A DNA stretch of 34,347 nt from an uncultured delta proteobacterium. Lineage in GTDB: Bacteria; Desulfobacterota; WTBG01; CAIYCZ01. Below, in pieces: positions 28,462 to 34,347 of the stretch. The translations under genes and the position numbers were made by a program. Within the stretch, counting starts at the first letter, position 1; each line of letters opens with the position of its first letter. A model generated the notes under the pieces. The model made no database searches. It saw only the letters and a list, made by a program, of their open reading frames with translations, and was not told the DNA's origin. Location of the stretch: NCBI GenBank assembly GCA_963803975.1, contig CAWDOY010000018.1, positions 1-34,347 of the forward strand, in the 5' to 3' direction.

Positions 28462-30126
28462 TTAGATTTCTGTCCTCACTTCTACGATCTCGCCGTCAAA
28501 TGAATCAATGATTTTTTGAACCAGGGGGTTGCGCAGCGCCTCCTGTCGTTTTTTTTTCCGCTCCTGGTCCCGGTCATCCTCACCGGATACGACACTGTTT
28601 TGGGCGCCGGCCACAACCGTGAGCTTGAGCGTGCGCTTGAAAAATTCCTCCCCCAGCTGCTGAATTATTTTCTCGGTTTCACGGTTTTTAATATTTTCCA
28701 GATAAAACGAGTTGGCAGGAAGTTCGATGACCAGCTCGCTCTCGCCCCGCAGAAGCATCTGCCCGTGTTCCAGCTGGGAGGCCAGGGGCAGGTTGTGCTG
28801 CCGTATAAAATCAAGGAACGACCCTGCAGGCTGTTCCCGGAGTTGTCCCTGCGGCTGCGCCGGCACGGTCTGGGCGCGCGGCGCCGGACTGCGGGTGATG
28901 GGGGCCTGATCTTCTTTTACGCTGTAGGCTGCAGGGGGCATTGGTGCTGCCGCAGGTGCGGCGCGTTTTGGCGCTCCGGTCTCAAACTGCTGCTGCAGTG
29001 TTTCAAGCCGCTGCAGCACCTCGTCCACCGGGATGGAGCGCTTCGCCTGGATCATTTCCAAAAGACACATCTCCAGGGCAATCTTGGGCAGCGGGGAACG
29101 GCTTATCTCATCCTCTGCTGAAAACCACAGCCGAAAATAGCGCTGCAGGTCATCCGCCGAACATGCCGCTGAAAGACGCTCCGCTTCTTTCAGCTCCTCT
29201 TCCGGCAGATCCATCCAGCCAGTTGACACCCTGCTTACCTTTACCACCATCAGGTCCCGCAGGTGTTCCAGATAGGCATAGTAGAACTGCCGCAAATCAA
29301 ATCCTGATTCATAAATGGTATTGAGCGTTTCCAGACAGGCCTGGGCATCGTCTGCCAGCAGCGCCGCGGTTATTTTGTGCAGCACGCCCCGGTCCACCCG
29401 GCCGAGGAGTTCTTCCACGTCTGCATCCCGCACCTCAGCACCGCAATAGGAAAGGATCCGGTCCAGCAGGCTCTGCGCATCACGCATGCTGCCGGCAGCG
29501 GTCCGGGCAATTACATAGAGCGCCCGCTTGCTGATGCGGATGTTCTCCTGCCCGACCAGCGCTTCCAGATGGGCGACGATCTCCTGCGTTGCGATGCGTT
29601 TTAAATCAAAGCGCAGGCACCGCGAGATGATGGTATCGGGGATTTTCTCCGGCTCGGTGGTGGCAAACATGAATATAACATGGGGCGGCGGCTCTTCCAG
29701 GGTCTTGAGCAGCGCATTAAAGGCCGGCTTTGAGAGCATGTGGACTTCATCGATGATATATATCTTATAGCGGTCGCGGGAGGGCATGTAGCGCACATTC
29801 TCCCGCAGTACCCGCACATCATCCACGCCGGTGTTTGACGCGCCGTCGATCTCGTGGACGTCGATGGCCGTGCCGGCAGTTATCTCCTGGCACGAGGGGC
29901 ACTGGTTGCAGGGCTGTTCAATGGGGCCCTGGTTGCAGTTGAGCGCCTTGGCGAGAATCCGCGCTATCGAGGTTTTCCCGACTCCCCGTTCTCCGGCAAA
30001 CAAAAAGGCATGGGCAATTCTGCCTTCCTTGATTGCATTCTTGAGCGTCCGGGTTACGTGTTTTTGTCCGATGACATCCTCAAAGGTCTGGGGACGGCAT
30101 CTGCGGGCGAGCACCTGGTATGGCAT
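28462..30126 (-). CDS. dnaX: DNA polymerase III subunit gamma/tau
   Basis: YQVLARRCRPQTF, GERGVGKT, EIDGASN, IIDEVHML, NALLKTLEEPP, SRC, GSMRDA. Confidence 0.96.
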   Translation of the reverse strand: MPYQVLARRCRPQTFEDVIGQKHVTRTLKNAIKEGRIAHAFLFAGERGVGKTSIARILAKALNCNQGPIEQPCNQCPSCQEITAGTAIDVHEIDGASNTGVDDVRVLRENVRYMPSRDRYKIYIIDEVHMLSKPAFNALLKTLEEPPPHVIFMFATTEPEKIPDTIISRCLRFDLKRIATQEIVAHLEALVGQENIRISKRALYVIARTAAGSMRDAQSLLDRILSYCGAEVRDADVEELLGRVDRGVLHKITAALLADDAQACLETLNTIYESGFDLRQFYYAYLEHLRDLMVVKVSRVSTGWMDLPEEELKEAERLSAACSADDLQRYFRLWFSAEDEISRSPLPKIALEMCLLEMIQAKRSIPVDEVLQRLETLQQQFETGAPKRAAPAAAPMPPAAYSVKEDQAPITRSPAPRAQTVPAQPQGQLREQPAGSFLDFIRQHNLPLASQLEHGQMLLRGESELVIELPANSFYLENIKNRETEKIIQQLGEEFFKRTLKLTVVAGAQNSVVSGEDDRDQERKKKRQEALRNPLVQKIIDSFDGEIVEVRTEI

Positions 30127-30272
30127 GTTAAAACGCTACCTGATCTTTACCTTACGGTTGGCTGTTAAACTGCGTTGCGTGCTGTAATTATATAATAGGC
30201 GAGTACGGGAAAAACTGCGCTTCCCGGTGAGCATGGAATTTATCCACGCGCTGCGTTTACTGATAAAATAAA

Positions 30273-30368
30273 TAGCCGGATACACTGAACACCCAGAATC
30301 ATCACTACCGTTGCTTCCTTCCGGACCTGGCGGGGTTCGCAACTCTTCCGTTGTTCAGGATCCGGCTA
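30273..30368 (-). ncRNA. ffs: Signal recognition particle 4.5S RNA
   Basis: Minus strand GAACCCCGCCAGGTCCGGAAGGAAGCAACGGTA domain IV motif within a long hairpin (TAGCCGGAT...ATCCGGCTA); upstream of dnaX. Confidence 0.92.
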
Positions 30369-30483
30369 TTCTATTAACTGTATCATACAAAATTGATAAA
30401 CGACAGCATTTAAAAACAAGAATACCAAAAACTGCTCTGTATGTCAGCCTGGTTCCCGAGGGTCACGGGATTCTTATTGAAAA

Positions 30484-30576
30484 TGGCGGAGAGAGAGGGA
30501 TTCGAACCCTCGGTACACTTTTAGGTGTACACACGATTTCCAGTCGTGCTCCTTCAGCCAACTCGGACATCTCTCC
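30484..30576 (-). tRNA. tRNA-Ser(GGA)
   Basis: GGAGAGATGTCCGAG...CACGA-CTGGAAA-TCGTG, long variable arm, GGTTCGAATCC, encoded CCA. Confidence 0.96.
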
Positions 30577-30592
30577 AGCTTGTTTTCTATAT

Positions 30593-31085
30593 TTACTCGT
30601 AAGCGGCGGCTATTGCCCGCCGCTGCTGTTTCTTCTTATCTTTAAAAAATTTTTGCAGTAGATTCCCCGCATTCAGCTGCAAGAACCTCCGGCGTAACTT
30701 CAATGGTGTGGTTCAGCTTCTCATGGGAGGCAAGATTAAATACCGAACCTGCCGCCCCTGCCTTGGGATCACGGGCGCCGAAAATGAGCCGCTTTACCCG
30801 GGCGTGAACCAGGGCGCCCATGCACATGACACAGGGCTCAAGGGTCACGTACAGCTCGGTACCAGTGAGCCGGTAGTTGTTCAGCTGTTGGCCGGCTTTG
30901 CGCAGAGCAAGAATTTCTGCGTGAGCAGTTGGGTCCTGCAGCGTAATCGGGCTGTTGTGAGTGCGGCAGATGATGGCGCCATCCTTAACCAGCACTGCGC
31001 CGATCGGAATCTCACCCTTCTCCAGGGCTACCCGGGCCTCATCAAGGGCCGCCCGCATGAACCGTTCATCGCTACCGTTTATCAA
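30593..31085 (-). CDS. tadA: tRNA adenosine(34) deaminase (probable frameshift near the C-terminus, about 30665)
   Basis: GEIPIGAV, DPTAHAE, YVTLEPCVMC, DPKAGA; removing one G gives ECGNLLQKFFKDKK...YE*. Confidence 0.93.
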
Positions 31086-31174
31086 GGTAATATTTCTCGA
31101 AAAACATGCTGTTAATCAGTTCGACATATTTCCACATTCTCTGAAAAAAGTAAAGTGTCAATTCTTCCGGTATT

Positions 31175-31228
31175 ATTTTATTAGGGACGTTGTCCCCATT
31201 CATTTTATTAGGGACAGTCACCTATTTA
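31175..31228. repeat. Left REP-like end of the RAYT element
   Basis: ATTTTATTAGGGAC occurs twice (31175-31188, 31202-31215); GGGACAGTCACCTATTTA at 31211-31228. Confidence 0.75.
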
Positions 31229-31906
31229 ATGCTTATTTGTTTTCGTTTTCGGCCTGCCAACCGGCAACGCTCGTACCCGCCTCTCAAGCCTTCGCTCAAG
31301 CTTTTTTAAGAATCCCTCAGCCCCGTACGGTCTTCCCGTCATGGTGTGCTTTCTCAGTCCTTCAAACTCTGCCTCTTCCTCCGGAGATCGAAGTACCTGC
31401 CTCCAATTGCTACTATCAATAAGCTGTTTCCACAAATCCATAGCAACCAGGGTTTCAGGATCAGTGCCATTGATATGTACTTTTGCGCTTGACCAGGGAT
31501 AGTCTTCTGCCTTTCTTACTTCTCCTGTTCGTACAGGATTTCTCTCTATATACCTCATCGCAGTTATTAAGTGATTATCCTCAAGAACAACAGAGTAAAA
31601 CCGGTTTTGCCACAAATGACCGCTTCTGTTGTATTTACGATTAAAATACTGCGTATACCGGAAGTGTGTGCCACCAATTGCTTTTGCCAGTGCTGCCGCC
31701 TTGTCCGGAACGACAATCAAATGTACGTGGTTGGTCATGAGACAATAGCCCAGTACATGGACACGGTATTTTTTAGCAAGCGCCTTGAGAAAGGTCAGGT
31801 AGGCTTTCCGATCTTCATCGTCCAGAAACACGTCCTGGCGGTTGTTGCCCCGCTGGGTAATATGACAGGGGTGCTTATCAGTGATGATTCTTGCTATTCG
31901 CGGCAT
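31226..31906 (-). mobile_element. REP-associated tyrosine transposase (RAYT, Y1 HUH, IS200/IS605 superfamily)
   Basis: MPRIAR, HITQRGNNRQDVF, YCLMTNHVHL (HUH), GHLWQNRF, YIERNPVR, YPWSS. Confidence 0.9.
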
Positions 31907-31941
31907 AAACCCTTTCTATCACAAAAATAATTACAATACAA

Positions 31942-31959
31942 TAAATAGGTGACTGTCCC
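31942..31959. repeat. Right REP-like end of the RAYT element
   Basis: TAAATAGGTGACTGTCCC is the perfect reverse complement of 31211-31228; followed by CCCAATTCT twice. Confidence 0.8.
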
Positions 31960-32075
31960 CAATTCTCCCAATTCTCCATCCCTATTGATTATTATAAGCA
32001 TTAGTTATATTATTTGTTTGTTAGTGATATAATTATCTTCTAATTGTATCCTTTAAACTTAAGAAAGGAGATACT

Positions 32076-32510
32076 ATGAAAAAAATATTACCAAAAACAG
32101 TGGGAATCCTTATGGTCTGTATAGCAGTGTTTTTATTTAATTCTTGCATTTACAAAAAATATCTTGCCGATGTCGACCCTGCTGTTGTTGCAGAACTTGA
32201 ACGATTAGGTGTTGTGCCTACAGCAGTAGCAAAAGTTCAGCAAATTGAAATTCCTGAAGACTTAAACACAGATGGCTATTATTATTATACACCAGCTTGT
32301 GAACAAGGTGGCTATGATTTGAATCCCTCTGCAGGAAAAACCGTAACTTTGACTTCTGTTGATATTAAGGGAACATGTCTGGGTGAAAAAATTACAATTC
32401 GCGTTTTCTCAGAAGAAGACAAAATCGTCTGTGCATATCTAACTCTTCGAGAAGGTAGTTCTGGGGCTCCAGGAGTGTGGCCAATAAATAGTGCGGAGTG
32501 TGAATATTAG
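32076..32510 (+). CDS. Hypothetical lipoprotein (possibly DUF4830-like)
   Basis: Lipobox FNSC, RBS AAGGAG, AT-rich; GYDL...GKTV segment reminiscent of DUF4830. Confidence 0.65.
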   Translation: MKKILPKTVGILMVCIAVFLFNSCIYKKYLADVDPAVVAELERLGVVPTAVAKVQQIEIPEDLNTDGYYYYTPACEQGGYDLNPSAGKTVTLTSVDIKGTCLGEKITIRVFSEEDKIVCAYLTLREGSSGAPGVWPINSAECEY

Positions 32511-32641
32511 AGCTAACAATGTAGGGGGCAGAGGCTCACATCTTCATCTGTCATATTTGGAGAGCTAACATAACCAGCTTTTGAATATTCGCCTTGCGTA
32601 AAAGTGCTGGTTCTATTAAATAATCTGCCTGAGAAAAAAGC

Positions 32642-33073
32642 TCAGTATCCTATCGCCCGCCCACCCAGCTCTTTTATTTTTATGCGGTAAAAACTTGATT
32701 CCCTGCTTGCAGCGAGCTGGTTAGAACGCGGCTCAATACGTGACTCAGGGAGCCCCAGTTTTTTATAGAGCACGCGAAGGCCCTTCACGATCTCATCTTT
32801 TTCAGTGAGTTTCTTCACCTGACCTTCAACAATCACCGCCCTGAAGCGCGAGGCATCACGTGAGGAATCGCAGACTTTAAAAATCACGTTGGCATTGTCT
32901 TTAACACAGCGCGCCATCCGCCCGCCCGGCATGGAACCGCAGTAGACATATTCCCCATCCGCTGCGTAGGAAAGCTCAATCGCATAGGGCCGGTCACCCT
33001 CAATGGCAATCAGGGTGCCCCACGTCCACTCTCCAAGAAACTTCCTGATCTCTTTTTCTGACATGGATTTCAT
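32642..33073 (-). CDS. Pyridoxamine 5'-phosphate oxidase-like flavin-binding protein (NimA-like)
   Basis: MSEKEIRKFL, GTL, RPYAIELSY, NANVIFKV, FRAVIVEG; RBS GGGAG before ATG 33073. Confidence 0.8.
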   Translation of the reverse strand: MKSMSEKEIRKFLGEWTWGTLIAIEGDRPYAIELSYAADGEYVYCGSMPGGRMARCVKDNANVIFKVCDSSRDASRFRAVIVEGQVKKLTEKDEIVKGLRVLYKKLGLPESRIEPRSNQLAASRESSFYRIKIKELGGRAIGY

Positions 33074-33193
33074 AGTGTCGTCACTCCCAAACAGGTTAGC
33101 TGTGCCGTGACACCTGTCTCTCATTGTTCCTTTAAATGCCTGGCTGGCTCCGAATAATTTGACCTCCTGGCAATTTTGAGAATATAAACAAGC

Positions 33194-34347
33194 TTAACTG
33201 CTTGCGGTGTGTATCACCACCTCGGCCGAGTGTACCTTGCGGTCGTCAACAAGAAGAATCGCCTGGTCATGCTGCTTCACGCCATCAACGGTCACGCCCG
33301 TCTCGCCATTCCCGTCGCGCGTGTTCATGACGACAATGTGATAGACCGTCTCACGATACCGGTAGTGCACCGTGAACGCCGTCCAATCCGCAGGGAGGCA
33401 GGGAACAAAACGCAATTTGTCCTTTTCCAGCCGTAAGCCCAGGAGTGATTCCACGATCAGCCGGTACATCCAGCCGGCCGAGCCCGTGTACCATGTCCAG
33501 CCGCCGCGGCCAATGTGCGGCGCCAGCGCATAGACATCGGCCGCAACAACGTACGGCTCTACTTTGTAGGTCGCAATCCCCTCCGGAGACATCGCATGGT
33601 TCAGCGGGTTGATTATGGTCAGCAGTTCCCACGCGCGCCGGCTGTCGCCCAATGCAGCAAACGCCATCGCCGCCCAGATCGCCCCATGCGTGTACTGTCC
33701 GCCATTCTCTCTGACGCCCGGGACGTACCCTTTTATATAGCCGGGATTCAAGTCCGACGTGTCGAACGGCGGGTCCAGGAGCTGGATCAGCGCATGCTCC
33801 CGCTGCACCAGGCGCGTATCCACCGCTTCCATGGCCATGCGCGAGCGCTCGGCAGCGCCCGCCCCGGACAGCACCGACCAGCTTTGCGCAATCGAATCAA
33901 TCTGGCATTCGGGGTTACGCGCCGACCCGAGCGGTGAGCCGTCGTCAAAGTACGCGCGGCGATACCACGCGCCGTCCCAGCCATGCTGCTCGATATTCAG
34001 GCGCAGCTGCGCCGCCTCCCTCTGGCAGCGTTCGCCAAAGGCTGTGTCACCACGCGCACCGGCAACCTCAGCGAACCGCATCAGCACTTCATACAAAAAG
34101 AATCCCAGCCAGATGCTTTCGCCGAAGCCCTGTGCGCCCACCAGGTTCATGCCGTCGTTCCAGTCTCCGGAGCCGATGAGCGGCAGGCCGTGCGCACCGC
34201 GGCTGAGGCCCTTTAAAATGGCTCGCACACAGTGTTCGTATAAACTGGCCGCTTTTTCAGACCGGACCGGGAGATCATAATACGAGTCCTCCTCTGTATT
34301 GAGCGGGCGGCCTTCAACGAAGTGTACGGGTTCATCCAGCACCCCGG
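33194..34347 (-). CDS. C-terminal GH94 phosphorylase domain of a cyclic beta-1,2-glucan synthase (ChvB/NdvB/Cgs)-like protein, 5' partial
   Basis: GLPLIGSGDWNDGMN, WDGAWYRRAYFDDG, IDSIAQSW, GYVPGVRENGGQYTH, GRGGWTWYTGSAGW. Confidence 0.88.
   Translation of the reverse strand, partial: GVLDEPVHFVEGRPLNTEEDSYYDLPVRSEKAASLYEHCVRAILKGLSRGAHGLPLIGSGDWNDGMNLVGAQGFGESIWLGFFLYEVLMRFAEVAGARGDTAFGERCQREAAQLRLNIEQHGWDGAWYRRAYFDDGSPLGSARNPECQIDSIAQSWSVLSGAGAAERSRMAMEAVDTRLVQREHALIQLLDPPFDTSDLNPGYIKGYVPGVRENGGQYTHGAIWAAMAFAALGDSRRAWELLTIINPLNHAMSPEGIATYKVEPYVVAADVYALAPHIGRGGWTWYTGSAGWMYRLIVESLLGLRLEKDKLRFVPCLPADWTAFTVHYRYRETVYHIVVMNTRDGNGETGVTVDGVKQHDQAILLVDDRKVHSAEVVIHTASS

Noticed and set aside
28549..28557. 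A9 run in dnaX as a gamma/tau slippage site
   Set aside because: It lies about 30 codons from the C-terminus (RKKKR), not near the domain III/IV boundary where gamma is normally produced.
30484..30576. tRNA-Ser as an island or prophage attachment site
   Set aside because: No duplicated tRNA 3' end noticed and no integrase; ffs-dnaX follows normally.
16599..31085. Pseudogene or programmed-frameshift status for proA, hflC, nuoE/F-like and tadA
   Set aside because: Each break is a short indel in otherwise well-conserved genes, scattered across the window with no common slippery motif; sequencing error is far more likely.
32505..32640. Integron attC site after the lipoprotein gene (CTAAC after the stop)
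   Set aside because: No matching GTTRRRY core or complementary arms, and no integrase.
91..34280. Numerous antisense and alternate-frame ORFs in the track (e.g. 1110-1769 -, 14688-15347 +, 28516-29121 +, 30311-30661 +)
   Set aside because: They overlap well-supported genes or RNAs and show no recognisable motifs; typical shadow ORFs of GC-rich coding DNA.

Overview
Bacterial chromosomal window, most likely from an anaerobic deltaproteobacterium/Desulfobacterota (inferred from gene content and repeat style). Layout: (1) 1-3.0 kb: zinc-finger anti-sigma factor, two Spy/CpxP/ZraP-like proteins, an iron-sulfur flavoprotein and a glycine-zipper lipoprotein. (2) 3.2-10.2 kb: an AT-richer minus-strand island of secreted proteins, namely a PorU/gingipain-like C25 peptidase, a Thr-rich protein ending in a CFI-box-CTERM-like domain, a beta-propeller protein and a truncated paralog of it. 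Two of these end in the same TSP3-like + CGGCxxPxCE(x)QC tail, and a structured putative ncRNA/leader lies upstream. (3) A lipoprotein, arsM and a 152-bp MITE. (4) Housekeeping run hflK-hflC-rpmA-proB-proA-nadD-rsfS-comF-polyprenyl synthase, with rplU and obgE absent from their usual positions. (5) A porGDAB operon running into HydC/HydB (NuoE/NuoF, BfuC/BfuB)-like genes with no A subunit. (6) tadA-tRNA-Ser(GGA)-ffs-dnaX-ybaB-recR. (7) A RAYT transposase with perfect 18-bp flanking inverted repeats, a lipoprotein, a PNPOx-like gene and the 3' end of a GH94/cyclic beta-1,2-glucan synthase gene. Short indels break several conserved genes (proA, hflC, nuoE/F-like, tadA), which suggests sequencing errors, so split ORFs were rejoined by eye. 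Best novelty candidates: the C25 + C-terminal-tag putative sorting system and the POR-BfuCB operon. All family assignments are from motif recognition, not database searches.
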